A stretch of DNA of 58,425 bases, counting the filler, from Thelocarpon superellum (Eukaryota): assembly GCA_026025795.1 (NCBI GenBank). It is 4 parts of 4 records of this genome, joined end to end, with 100 filler letters (N's around TTAATTAATTAA, not from the genome) between each part and the next. Parts side by side here need not be neighbours in the genome. Positions count along the whole stretch, not along the records: positions 1 to 14,596 come from JAPEUG010000428.1; positions 14,697 to 29,286 come from JAPEUG010000429.1; 2 more parts are not named here. One strand, given 5' to 3'. The translations under genes and the position numbers were made by a program. Of the stretch, positions 12,388 to 25,437 are shown one piece after another; positions within the stretch are counted from its first letter, which is position 1, and each line of letters begins with the position of its first letter. The notes beneath the pieces are model-generated. The model saw only the letters and a list, made by a program, of their open reading frames with translations. It searched no databases and was not told where the DNA came from.

Positions 12388-14537
12388 TACTCCCCATTAT
12401 ATCACCATAGGTATTCAAAGTAGTGTGGGGTGCCTCCAAGCACAACAATAAGTGTCCTCATACTCGTTCACCATCTCCATCATCGCCCGACGCGTTGGAG
12501 ATTCGCTTTCAAATCTGTCGACAAAACCGCGAACAGTGGCAAGGATTTCCGAGGACATAATGAGCATGCACTCTGCGTAAGGTCTTGGACGAATGTAGAG
12601 CTTGGTGTTGCCACGCCTTTGCCCTTACTTAGAGCACTCAGCTCACCGACACCCAGCTGATTCGCTGTCTCCGCTCCTAGCTGAAGTTCTTCCAGCTTTC
12701 TCTCAAGGTCTTTCTCTCGAGGTCGCTTTTGACAAGCGGCCATCCACCTTTTCTCCTATTTCCGGATTTCTGAGATGAGGTCCAATTTTGTCGTTTTCTT
12801 CCTTCGATTTCGCATGGTGTTGGAGCGCGTACGTGACCTGGTCACGTGCCCACTCCTATTACTATCCCGACTACGCGTAGATTAGCAATTCAGCTCTGAT
12901 TCCTACAGTGGTAACTTATAGGCGTCCTCGGGAAGGTGAAAAGAGTAAAATTAAAAAGAGTCTCATCATTTTCTAGCCAGTCAACGATGTCTACTGATTC
13001 CGCCTCACTATACACTTCCTCATCACCGTGGTCTAGAGTACTCTCTATTGGATCAGCATTGTGGGGGCACGCAACTTACTCACGTGCGCCTTCATATATG
13101 ATCTCAGCTGCGCGTAGAAATTGCAATACAGCTCTGATACACGATAGATATTTGAAGAATCATGGGGTGCCTCCAGGCACATTACTACACATCCTCTTCT
13201 TCGTTGATAGAGTTGGGGGTGTGCAGACTGGCGACCACCGGTTGAGCATCCATCCAAATAAAGACATACAGTCTACTGTATCAAACTTCCAGCAGCGCCA
13301 CGCCATGCCAGTGAACAGTGGAACTCTGCGTTGCTTGGGTCTGCTTATGCTAAGTATATGGGAACCCGTAAAGCGGCATTTCCTGCTGTGCTCTCCCATG
13401 ACCAACGACTGATCATGCCATCTTCCAATAGCCTGCGCGGCTTGCTATCTACACGTGACCATGACATGACTTCTCCTAAGCCTAAGCGAGGCATGGCCCC
13501 CGGCCTCACCCATCCCTGGAGGCCTTAGAACTCCGTTTCTGCTGCCCTCTAGCCCCTGCGCCTTCGAGAAGCATTCCTCCCTGGTGCCCTTTCTGGCCTG
13601 CAGCTCTCTCCACGGCCGTGAAGCATACGCAAACGCCTATATTGGTCCACCCTACCAGGCCCCTCAGGACAAGAGGCGCAGACGTCTGCAAACGTACGAG
13701 GACGGTGAAACGCGAGAGCGATGTTAGTACACGGGACCTTGATTGGCTGCATAAGTCTCGCCCTGTCCCGAGGCAACATGGCATGATATTTCACAGCTCC
13801 TGCCCTTTCCACAGCCTCGTGATAACCGTCTCATTATGTTTCTGCATAAAGTCACCTCGTATACAAGTTTCAAGAGACCAACGCTTGCACCTCCATATCA
13901 GCACTGCTGTGCACACCACCACCCCGTGCACGATCGGAGCTTCGAAGTACAGCCGGAGTCTTAATACCATAAGTATCATAACTGTTGACTCTCGCCTGTC
14001 TATATCACCACCGCCACACTTGTTACTTTCCATCGCTTAACATATCCTCCGGAGTACAGCTGAAGTCTCATGTGTCAGAATGCCGCGTACTCGACCCTCC
14101 TGGGTCTTACCTAACACCCGTGGGCCGATTCTCAGTGCTGCGCCAGGGTCGATTAGAGCATCTTCACCAAGCAGCATTGTCAGTGTGGGCCCAAATGAGA
14201 CCGCGCCCATATCAAACATCTCGCAGGCGCGATATTGTTCATGGCTTTGACGTCCAGTGCCTTTGGAGAAGAACCGAACAGTTTCTTTCTATTAGACACG
14301 GGCTTGAGGTACGATATAAGGAACAGCCGTCGTCCCCAAGTCGAATGACCCTCACCCATACGCATACCTCGTCCTTCAAGCCCGCTCGATCGTCGTCGTC
14401 CTCCTTCGTCACATCTCCAACTGGTAGGTCTCGATCAAGGTGAGCGGCAGGTCCTCGGTGTCTCGCGACGGCGGAAGCTTGGCTAATCTCTTGCCGATGG
14501 TATCTAGGAGCTCCGGAACACACACTCGAAAGTCGCA

Positions 14538-14596
14538 ATGTACTCCCCGATCAGCATCATCGCCATCGGCCTGATGGTGGCCGGTGCTCTTGCTGC
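14538..14596 (+). CDS. 5' fragment of a putative secreted protein, cut by the contig end
   Basis: gcaATG start encoding MYSPISIIAIGLMVAGALA, a signal-peptide-like sequence running into the N gap. Confidence 0.45.
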
Positions 14597-14696
14597 NNNN
14601 NNNNNNNNNNNNNNNNNNNNNNNNNNNNNNNNNNNNNNNNTTAATTAATTAANNNNNNNNNNNNNNNNNNNNNNNNNNNNNNNNNNNNNNNNNNNN
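14597..14696. other. Artificial contig spacer
   Basis: N44-TTAATTAATTAA-N44; the 12-mer gives stops in all six frames. Confidence 0.98.
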
Positions 14697-14779
14697 CCAC
14701 ACGCCATCACGCCCACATGCCCACGCCAGCCCAATGCCAAACGCCGCCGATGCTCTCCTGCCGCAAGACCCAAGCCATG

Positions 14780-16085
14780 CTAGTCCCGGTTCACGCGCTC
14801 CACGAGCCTGCACGACCGGTCAACGACCTCGCGAGTCGCAGCGACGGAGAGGGAGGGACATACCTGAAGACGCTGACAGTAAAGGTCAAGAGCCAAGCGA
14901 TCAAAACAATCAGAAGCATGCTGCTCAACGTCTGCTGTCGCGCGCAGATCATTTCATCCTTGAAGCTGACCGTCGCCAGGGAGGAGGGCGACGCCTGCAC
15001 CGGCTCGTTGCTGCAGGTCCAGCGCTCGTCGTACAAAGCGTCAAACGCAAGACTGAGATTGGCCGAGTTGAAGACGATGAAGAAGAGATCCAGCAGGATC
15101 AAGAGCATCTTCGCCGCCGGCGACCGCAGCCCGAGCGGCTTACCCGAGTACTCGTCGTAGGTGATGTACATGCCGTAGATCAGGGCGATGGCGTCGAAGA
15201 TGATGGCCATCAGCGTGGACGGGCGTTGCGCGAAGCCCCGTTGGCGGGACAGCGTGTAGATGGATGCGCCCAGCGCCAGCGCCGTCAAAGAGAAGATCCA
15301 GATGATGAGCCGGAAGATGAGCGGCACCATCGGGTTGTTCATGAGCCCCCGCAGAAAGCTCTTCCACATCTCCTTCCGCTTGCGGCTCGAGAAGAGCATG
15401 CCCTCCGCCGCCTGCTCCAGCGCGTGTCCATCAGGGTTCCAGGGGCCTTCGAGATTGGGCAAATGCTCACCCAGCCACTCCTGGCCCATCTTCTCGCTCT
15501 GCTCATCGACGCGCGGCGGGATGGCCGAGACCGAGGCAAAGTCCTTCCATCGCGATATCTGCTCGCGCGGTGGCAGGTTGATGGTGACGGGGATGCGATC
15601 GCGCGACCCATCGTGCAGGCGTCCGGGCTCGGTCTTGTGCTTGGTCGACGGGCTGTGATTGTGTTGCGCCACCTGCGCCTCGGCCGGTGACGGAAGCAGG
15701 CTGTGGGACGAGTCGGCATCCTCGTCGTCGATATCGTAGGATCGCACCCAGCCTATGCTTGGGTCAACAGAACTTCTCTTCCCGGCAACAGGCACTGGCG
15801 CAACGCACTGGGAAGCGTCCGGACATCGCGATGGGCTACTGGAACCTCCGCCTCGCCGTCCAAGCCGGAGGGCACCAGGGTATTTTCGTTCGATGAGAGG
15901 GAATGTGTTGTATTCCGGCCGGGAGAGACACCCTCCCGGCCTAGATGCCCCGAGAGGGAGGGCCGCAACGAGACTCCGGACAGGCGGCTGGCGGGCGAGG
16001 CCGGCTGCAACAACGACGTGGGTCCATGGTGAGGAGCTGGGCTGACGGAGGAACGCGGTGATCTCCCTTCCACCCCGAGCCCCAT
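14780..16085 (-). CDS. SRF1: Regulator of phospholipase D Srf1-like membrane protein
   Basis: Four C-terminal TM segments with NPMVPLIFR, YITYDEYSGKPLGLR, LDLFFIVFNSANLSLAF and ICARQ. Introns after VRTLP and before LVERVNRD*. The start codon is inferred from the spliced ORF 15753..16085. Confidence 0.8.
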
Positions 16086-16525
16086 CGTGGCGTAGTGAGC
16101 CGCTCACTCTGTGCACTCTGTGCGTTGCGGGTCACTCCGTGTCACTGCGTGTCGTGCACAAGCATGTGGACCGCCGTGGCCGAGTTTCTAGTCCACCACG
16201 TGTTTGGCATCATCCGCGCTGCTTTCCTACGCAACTCACGCGGGAGAAGCGAGGCAGAAAGTGGCTGGTGCATGATCGTCGCATGGCTCCAGGGGCGAAC
16301 AGCCGACCAAATGGACTAGGGCGCTCCACAAACGCCCAGGTTCCGACGGTGAGTACGGCGCACGGCGGGAGTGCCGGAGGCAAAGCTGCTGGCCCCCGGT
16401 ACGGTGGAGCACTCCCACCATGCAACAATGACGAGAAGTAATACCTGGACAGCTCCCCTCCCCTCCCAAGCTCTCACTATCCTTCGCTTCGATCCCATGC
16501 GTCCCAGGCAGTGGCACTCCAGGTC

Positions 16526-17562
16526 ATGCGCCTCTTCCTCCTTCCCATATCTCGTCGCCGCACCTTGATCTACTGTCAGCGCCAGTTCCGCGTCACCACC
16601 GATCGATTGTCACTCCTTGACAAAGCGACCGGGCGTGCGGCCAAGCTCTGGCTGCAATGGGAATCCAGCAACAAAAGTTGGCAGAAGCGCATCACGCAAT
16701 ATGGCAACCAGCTGCTGCAGCGGATCCCCTACGAAGAGTGGGGGTTGAAATCCGTGCCGCCCTTGTCCGCGCGCCGCAAAGATGAGGAGATGGCCGACCG
16801 AGCAAGCATCCCGGTCACGTTTCCGACGAATGTGATCCCCTCCAGCCAGGTCGGCTCCATCCTCCGCACCTTGGCCGTGGAGAGGCAGGCCCTTCATCGG
16901 TCGAGACTGTGGGGCAGCATCGTCGTCATGCCCGTGACGGCGCCCGTGGCCCTGGTTCCCATGTAGGGCTCCTCTTCGACGACATGTCTCAGACGAGACC
17001 AAGGACAAGCTGATGGTTGATCAGCATACCCAATCTCCCCTTCTTCTATCTCGTCTACAGAGGTACGAGCACTCACAACTCCCGAATCATGCATCCCCGC
17101 TTGCTGACCTGGGCCCGCACGCAGCATGGTCACACTGGCGAGGTCCGTCCGCAGTCCGCGCGAACGAGCCCCATCTGACCTCTCGCAGCATTGTCAGGAT
17201 CGAAGCATCTAGAGTTCCTGCTCGACAAGAATCTCCTCCAATCATCTCCCTCGCTGGCACTAGACACGATCTACGCGACCAAGAATGTCCCATTGTTGGC
17301 CGCGACCTCGACAGCCCACGAAGACACAGCCAGAGCCGACGACGACGATCCTACATCTAAAGCGGAGAAAGACACCATCCTCCTCCAACCCTCCGACGCC
17401 AAGCTCATCGCCGACCGCCTGTCCGTGCCCGAGCTGGTGGTGGAGCTGGAGCGCGCCGTGCACCAGGTGCAGGCTGCCCTGTCGCAAGACACCGACGCAG
17501 CGTCGCAGACAACGCAGCCCAGCCGGACAACGACAGATGCAAAGGATGGTCCGAAACGGTGA
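16526..17562 (+). CDS. Mitochondrial K+/H+ exchange-related protein (Mit_KHE1/YDL183C family), 4 exons
   Basis: MRLFLLPIS..RTLIYC, RIPYEEWGLKSVP, IPNLPFFYLVYRAWSHWRALSGSKHL and ELERAV. Exons 16526-16962, 17025-17062, 17125-17142, 17189-17562 stay in frame. Confidence 0.88.
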
Positions 17563-17826
17563 CGGAAATCCACGGGGATGCAGAGAAGACATCATGAAAG
17601 AGCCTCGCCGTTCATTCTGGCGATAGATCTCCTCTCCGGTCTGCTCAGACAAGTCCCTTGGACACGATTCTACTCTATTCTAGTCTATTCAAGAGGACAT
17701 CCGAAATAACACCGCTGACAGGCTGTGCTCGTTGTTCATATCCCTGTTCGTGTTCGTGTTCGTGTCCGTGTTCGTGTTCGTGTCGTCTTCACCAAACCCA
17801 TCGAGCGTCTCACCACGTCGACCTGA

Positions 17827-20674
17827 TCACGTCCCCAGATCCTTCAAGATGCCATCGCCCTCCTTGGTCTCCACGACCTTGAAGCCCTCGCCGGCATCCA
17901 AGCCCCTCTCGGCGCGGCGGTAGGCCTCCTCACTCCGATCCGTTAGGAGGTCCAAGTCACGCTGGCTCAAGAGCTCGCCGACGTCGTACTTCTCAAAGTC
18001 GTCCTCGGTCAGCAGGCGCTGCAGCTCATCGTCCGCGCCGTCATCGCCTCCTTGCGCTTTGCTGGTCAGGTGCTTGAATTTGCCCTTTTGGATCACCAGC
18101 TTCTCGAGCCGTCGCTTGCCGTCCGCCTTTTCGAGCAGCGTTTGCTCCACCGTGCCTTTCGTCGCCAGTCGATACACAATCACCGGTCGTGTTTGCCCGA
18201 TGCGGTGCGCCCGGTCCTGCGCCTGCAGGTCTTGCTGCGGGTTCCAGTCGCTGTCGAAGAGGACGACGGTGTCTGCGGCCGCCAGGTTGATGCCCTGGCC
18301 GCCGGCGCGCGTGCTCAGGAGGAAGAGCTTGTGGGCGGGGTCGGTATTGAAGGCCTTGATCTGCGTGCGACGGTCGTCCTGCTTTACCTGGCCATCGATC
18401 CGACACGTGTTCCAGCCATGCATCAGCGTCGCCCAATCCTCAATGATGTCCAGCTGCGTCTTAAACTGCGAGAAGATGAGGACCTTGTGGCCTTTTGCAA
18501 ACAACGACGGTATCAGGCGGTCCAAGAGCATCATCTTGCCCGACTCGGTGACCAGGCTCGCGTCCGGAGTTGCGTCGTTTTCCCACGGCCAGTAGAAGTT
18601 ATGGGGCGAGTTGCATGCCAGCCGCAGTTGCATGATGGGATTTTGCAGCTTCTTGTTGGCGATCTCGCGCTCTAGGGAAAACATCGGTCAGCAAGCGTCC
18701 AGGTGTGTGGGTGGAGCGTCGACTCGACATACTGGCTAACGCAATGGTCTTTGCTCGTTCCAGAGCCTCTAGCTCCTCGTCATCAGGATCCTCACTCTCG
18801 TCGCGGGCCTCGTCAGCGCTGAAAGAGTCCTTGTCTCCCGGCTCGCGGTAGTTTCGTCGCTTCGCGCCCCGCAAGCTTCGCGGTCCGCTGCCCGGAGTCG
18901 ATGCCCGACTTGTCTTGGCACTTTTGTTCGGAGCCGGAGTGTCGCTGCTCGCCTTTCTCTTGACGCTTAAGCTTCTAGTGCTCTTTGGAGTGCTGGTGTT
19001 GCTGCCCGTGATGCGTTGCACCACCTTGTCCTGCAGATACTCCCGGCTGTTGCCGTCAAGGATCTGCCGGTAGAGCTCCTTTTGGGTCGTTGACAGCGGC
19101 GCATACAGGATGTACTCGCGTTTCTTGGGCAAGGAAGTCTCCACATCCGCCTTGACGCGACGCAGGAGGAAGGGCTTGAGGATGGCATGCAGCGACGACA
19201 CAATGTTCCGCTTCCGTTCACCCACCAAGATCTGCTTGTGTCCGTCCTTCTCTTGGAGAGCGGAGAAGTCAAACCAGCTCTCGAAGGACTCGAGCTGGTC
19301 GAAGATGTCGGGCATCAGGAAGTTCAGGAGCGACCACAGCTCGGCCAGGTTGTTCTGGAGGGGCGTGCCCGTAATCAACAGACGATTGGCCGAGTCGTAC
19401 GACTTGAGCTCGCGGATCAGCCGGCAATTTAGGTTTTTGAGGCGGTGGCCTTCGTCGATGATGATGAATTTCCAGCCCATGTTGGCCAGATGCTTGCGGT
19501 CATTCATGCAGATCTCGTAGGAGGTGCAGACGACCGGAAATTCCTTGGTGTGGCGACGCACCAGGCGCGTCTCGCGCAGCGCTTCCCGTTCTGCCCTGGA
19601 TCCATGATACAGGACGACGGGGATGTTGGGTGTCCACCGATTAAACTCTTCCACCCAGTTGCTGAGGGTACTGAGGGGAGCGGCGACCAGGAACGGGCCG
19701 TATGTGCCCTTGGACCGCAGAAAGGCGAGGAAGGCGATGGTCTGGACCGTCTTGCCCAAGCCCATCTCATCCGCCAGGATCCCGTTCAGCCCGTTTTCGT
19801 ACAAGGAGATCAGCCACTCGAGGCCCTCGAGCTGATAGCTTCGCATCACGCCGCCCGTCACTAGATCGGGCTGACGTGCGGAACGTGAGATCTGGGCCCC
19901 GAATCCCTCGCCCTGCACTTGCTGCTCGTCAGCGGCTTCCTCAAGCGCCTCGACCACGGTTGTCTTTGTCGCATTGGCGTCGAGCTTCCCCTTCTTGAAG
20001 TACTCGGCGATATCGGATGGAGCGGGCTTTTTCGACTTGCTTCGGTTCGGCATCTGCTTCGCTGCCGGCTTCCGCTTGGTGCTACTTTTCTCCTCGACCG
20101 TCACGGTGGTGGGCGCGGTCACGGTCGCGCTGGCCGCTCGGGTTGATTTGCGGAGGCTAGGTGAGACTTGGGTAGGCTTCGCCACCTTGCCATTCGCCGG
20201 CTGTTCGGGGGACGAATCGGCGTCTCCGACTGCCTTGGCCGTATCACGCTGCTGCCGCATCTTGGCCATCAAGACCGAGGAGTATATCTGACATCGCGCC
20301 ACGTCAGCCACGCTCTGGTCGATTGACGTGTGGGTCCGGGTAGGAGGTAGGCTGACCTTGCTTTGGCTGAGCAGATACTCGAGCCGTTTGAACTTGGGGT
20401 CGACGACCTCATCACCGGCCTGGAGGTCCTGATCCCGTTCGGCCTGGAACTTGAGATTTCTCTCTCGTTCCTCTGCCATCGCGGCTTCCTCCATCCGTTG
20501 CTCTTCCTCCCGCATGGCCTCCGAGACCGCATCGGTGACGGCGGCAGATCGGCCGGGTCTGTCACCCCGTCCATTCTGCGAAGTCTCTGAGGGAGGAGAC
20601 GAGGGCGCGCTGGTGGGAAGGCGCGAGTCGCCGTTGTGGGAGGTTGCGTCGGTCATTGATGACCGCAGAGCCAT
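17827..20674 (-). CDS. IRC5: SNF2-family chromatin remodeller, LSH/HELLS/DDM1 subfamily
   Basis: GILADEMGLGKT, DEGH box, TGTPLQNNL, LRRVKADVE, SGKM, LSTRAGGQGINL, DSDWNPQQDLQAQDRAHRIGQ and KRRLEKLVI. Two introns. Confidence 0.9.
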
Positions 20675-20858
20675 TGGATCGGCCAGGATCGCAGGTTGAC
20701 AAGGTTCCTTCGTGAAAAGTGCACTGAAACATTGAGCACGAAGATGGTTGCTTCAATCACGACGCCATCTGCTCTCTGTGCCAGACTTATTGTCCGCCTA
20801 GAACCTGCCGCGACAAAGGATGGAGGGCATGGCCTCGTCGATGGCACCGGTCCGAGTT

Positions 20859-20943
20859 ACGCGACGAGAGTGATGAGGTCAGGCATCGTTTGCTTTCCTT
20901 TTCGGGACGCGAAATGCAGGCGACGCGACGGCCCCAAGCGCGT
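20859..20943. promoter_or_regulatory. Cluster of MCB/SCB-like CGCG boxes upstream of IRC5
   Basis: ACGCGA at 20859, ACGCGAAA at 20907, ACGCGA at 20923 and GCGCGT at 20938, about 190-270 bp upstream of the ATG. Confidence 0.35.
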
Positions 20944-23118
20944 ATCAAGCGGCGGACAATAGCCTCGCCACCCAGCCCTGCCGCTAAGTGACAGATGCTA
21001 GTTGTCAACTACTGGAGGTGCTTCATGCCACTACTACTACTAGTAGTAACCTAGTACGTTACCTAGGTGATAGGATAGGTAATGCTCCAGAGCACCTACT
21101 GAGAAACAAAGAAACCCTTTCTGACTGTGCTTGCATCCTGATGAGGAGTGTTTGAAAGCCCAGCCGTGGGGATGTGCGGGTACGAATGTCCTCTTGCTGG
21201 TTGCGAAGATGTAGCCATGACTAGCAGGCACGATGGTGTTCGGCAAAGTCCGAACGGCCGTCAAACTCACTTGTCCACTCAATCCCACCCATTGCTGTCT
21301 TGCCGTGGCACAATGGACGCTGATCTTGAATCATGTTGGCAGCAACGCAGCTTTCCAATCAACCGAACTCGAAGTGCACTTTACTGCGGTGAGTCGAGTC
21401 TGGAGGCTGCTATCTCTTTCCTGCGGGATGCACTTGTCATTTTGCAGCGCACAACAACCACGCCCGGCGATGATCAAGAGGCGTAAAGCGGCTCGAACAT
21501 GTCTAGTAGTCACAAAGCAGAGAGGTGGTCTAAGAAGGGCATGGACCATGGCATCGAGCTAAGTGCGGAGCAATCGATCATAGAGAGCCCTTCAGAACTT
21601 ACTCCACCTCTCTCCGACCACGAGGAAAGCAGGGATGGTCAGTGATCGAAGTGCTACCAGCAGTCGGGGTTCGATCTCACGGATCCCGCCCCTGCGACAT
21701 GTGTCTGACGCGTTCCACCGAATTGGCCTCAATTAGTGGAGCGTCGGGACAGGCTGCAAGGTGCAGTGACGTCATTTGATCGATTTTCTGGTGGTCAGAA
21801 TATTCGCTTGTGATGAAGCGAGGGCAGCGGGGCGAGGCACGCTGGCCGTTGGCTTCTGTCCAAGGAGAGACTTGGTCGGAGCCGGCCCGGTGCACAACCA
21901 TGGAGTCGGCTACCGTTGCAAGCAGTCCACTTAGTACTACTACTTGCTAGTAGCAGTGCTTAAACGAAGTAATCATTGTGCTCGCGTTCAGGCGAGCTTT
22001 CGGTGTCTTGGACGGAAAATGACATTCATGAAGGATACTGTTGGTTCATGTCTTGCGGGCGTGCTTAGATCAGGTGTGCTTAGAAGTCTTCGATCGCTTC
22101 ATGGTCGATCGACGAAGCTCACTCAAACGCCCATCGATGCCGGTGAACGTCAGATAAGATCCACCATTGCCACCGGCTCTCACGAGGCCAGGAGACATTC
22201 TGACCGGCCTCCCGTGGGAATGCTACGGTGCCGAGGGCTACTTTGCCCGGGTCGCGGAAGGGCTCCTTGGGCGCTGACCCGACAGATAAGCGGTGCCATA
22301 GGCGTCTCTCGTCCGGGAGTGGCCTGGGGGCCGCCTCTCGGCCCGACAGCTACGCGGCAGGCGAGGGCTCGCCTGTGAACAAGCTTCGCCTGCCAACCAA
22401 CCACCGGTTGCGGATGATGCGACCTACGGACGTCGGCCACAAACGGGCAGCCGATAAGCTTGAGCTGCCCGGCTAGCAAGATGCAAGGACGATCCGGCCG
22501 GACACACTTCCTCGTCCACTTTCCTGACTATGTTACCCGTGACTACGGCGTACGTGCGGGTACGAGTGCCAGATGCGAGCGCCGATGGCCGCGCACCGCG
22601 GGAAATCGTCTCGCGCTGGCCTGCGAATGGTAAGGGGAACTGCCACGGCCCTCAACCAGGAAGGCTCCCTCTCGTCCCTGTGTCCGGCCTCCCCAGATTC
22701 ATTCTGTCCTCACGGGAAACGTGAAGCTCCGGCTCAGTCGTTACCTTGCCGTGTCGAGAAACGTTTCGCCCGTGCAGAGTGCAAGGGTGGACTGCCGATA
22801 GCTGGCCGCGGCTCATATCACGCCACCTGCCGTAACCGCGGGACAGTCCACCAGCTGTAGCACCCGCCATTCCGCCGTCTTCTGGACCCTTGACTCTGCT
22901 CCTTCCTTCCTTTTCTCAGCAACTTGCACCCCGACCGTCGTTGACATCATTGGCAAGGCAGCAGGCGGTACGCCGGGCTCCAACGCGTGCCCGGACATCT
23001 ACCTGCTCCACATGCGTCTCCGGACCCGGCCAGACACAGAACCCGAAAGCTGGAGACCGTCTCCGGCGCGATGATCCATTGCATGCCGTTGGGGGTGTAG
23101 TCCAGCTTATCATCTCCC

Positions 23119-25437
23119 ATGGACACCCCCCGGGATCTACAGAATGGCAAGCATCGCTGCCTTTCCAAAGACCGGGCCCTGGCCCTGGCGGCGGCCAATG
23201 CGGCGGCGAGGAAGATGGCTCCTGGCGGTGGCAAAGACGGGCCCCGGACGAGTCCTCCATCGGCCTCAGCAGTCACAAGTCTTCGGTCAGAACCAACAAC
23301 AATCCTGCCACCGCTTGCGCCCCGCCGTCAGAGCCGTTCCTACGCGCCGCCCGTCTCGTCCCCACTGAATCCCGCGTCAGGCCGGTCATCGATCAAAAGT
23401 GCCGACAGCTCTGCGAGCTTGGAGACGGACAGCAATGGCCACGGCACCAGTGACGCGAGCACGCCGCCGAGCCGCCCGGTTGAGCCTGGCACGGCCAGCG
23501 CTCCGGCGAAGCGTCGGTCAACGCCGCTGCCGCCCCGAAGATCACTGCGTCCGTTGGGGCCCCGCCGCTCAGCTCCCCCGGGCACGCTGCTGCCGTCACC
23601 CTCGCAACTTTCCGTCACCTCGAGCGACATGGACCGAGAATACTCCAGGTATCCTGTGCCCCGGCCGCGCAGCCTGGCGCTCCGTTCCGATCCATCGGGG
23701 AGCAGCGAGCAGACGACGTGGTCCACGGCGTCGACCTTCGCTGACGGCACCCCTACCCCCTTCGACGAAAAGACGCGCTCCCGTAATTTTTTGCTGCACC
23801 TCTTGGATGACCACCTCACGGATCCCGCGGGCCTTCAGTACCCCCTCTTTAATGATGAAAAGGAGGCCGATGATGACATGCATCTGCCGGGTCCAGATGA
23901 TGACATCAACTTCAAGCCACGATGGCGTGACTACATGCACCGTCAGGGGCTGACGTCAATTGCTGGAATTGCCGTCGTGGTCGTAGGCCTCCTATGCCTC
24001 TTCGTCGTGCTCCCCGTGCTCACGCACACGGGCATCGCGACCCGTGGACATGAGGGCAGCGCTCAGCAGAATGATGCCGAATATCATGTCAATGACCTAA
24101 CCTACCCTCTCTTGCGGAATCTACGGCAGGGCTTGATTGATCCGGACACGCCATCCTCGGCTATGACCAGATCCGGTGTGGACGGCGACGAGCTTCAGCT
24201 GGTGTTTAGCGACGAGTTCAACGTCGACAACCGCTCCTTTTACCCTGGCGATGATATATACTGGACCGCGCCTGATATCTGGTACGGGGCAACGCAAGAT
24301 CTGGAGTGGTATGATCCCGATGCGGTCACGACTTCGGCCGGCACTCTCAACCTCAAGTTGGACCAATTCGCCAACCACGGGCTCCAATTCCGCTCCGGCA
24401 TGTTGAACAGCTGGAACCAGCTGTGTTTCAAGGGGGGCGCGCTGGAGGTCTCGGTCTCCTTGCCCGGGCCGGCAGGCACGCCCGGCCTGTGGCCTGGCGT
24501 GTGGACGATGGGCAATCTCGGTCGGCCGGGATACGGCGCGTCGACGGAGGGCGTCTGGCCGTATACGTACAACGAGTGCGACGTCGGGATCACGCCGAAT
24601 CAATCGTCTCCCGATGGCATCTCCCATCTGCCGGGTCAACGGCTTCCGGCCTGTACCTGCCCGGGACAGGATCATCCGACGCCGGGGACGGGCCGGGGCG
24701 CGCCGGAGATTGACGTCTTCGAGGCCAGCGTGGATCAGAATAACCGGATCGGCGTCGTGACGCAGTCCTTTCAAGTCGCGCCGTTTGATGGTATTTTGCA
24801 ACGCCTGGACGCGAGGCTCTGGCTGACTCCGCTCAGTCTGGTACTATCCACAATACGAGTTCATCGAGATCCCCAACTACGCGACGACGTCGGTGAACAC
24901 GTATACGGGCGGGCCCTTCCAGCAGGCTGTCTCGGGCACGACGGTGTTGAACAATTTGTGGTATGACGGCGGCGAGTACCAGAGGTACGCCTTCGAGTAC
25001 ACTCCCGGAACCTCGTCGGGCGCCATCACCTGGTTCGTTGGGTCCGACGTGGCGTACAAGATGCTTGGTGCCTCCGTTGGGCCCAACGGCAACATCGGCC
25101 AGCGGCAAATCTCGGAGGAGCCCATGTCGATCGTGCTGAACTTGGGCATCAGCAACGCATGGACGTACATCGACTGGGCCAACCTGACCTTTCCCACGAC
25201 CATGCGGATCGACTATGTACGCATCTATCAGAAAGCCGACTCGCTGTCCGTTACGTGTGACCCCGACGGCTACCACACCACGGGATACATCAATGATCAC
25301 CCCCTAGCATATAACGATGCGAATTTAACCGTGAGTATGGCTTGCCTTGGCTGGGCAGATGGAGCGCTGACGGACAGCAGCATTGGGATCAAACCGGATA
25401 CGGGTGGCCCAAACATCAACTTAATTCCGCCTGTTGA
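23119..25437 (+). CDS. KRE6: Beta-1,6-glucan synthesis-associated GH16 protein (KRE6/SKN1 family)
   Basis: Disordered N-terminus, EADDDMH, single TM helix, LIDPDTP, LVFSDEF, DLEWYDPDA, GLWPGVW, GRGAPEIDVFEA, EPMSIVLNLG and DYVRIYQ. Introns at ~24791-24837 and 25331-25380. Confidence 0.93.

Noticed and set aside
21031..21070. 14-bp palindrome TACTACTAGTAGTA, with a similar CTA/TAG run near 21935
   Set aside because: Explained by simple trinucleotide repeats; no supportable Helitron or TIR structure.
21130..21180. Hammerhead-like CTGATGA..GAAA
   Set aside because: Stem II is very weak and no NUH cleavage triplet closes stem III.
21630..21695. GGTTCGATC T-loop-like motif
   Set aside because: No cloverleaf can be folded.
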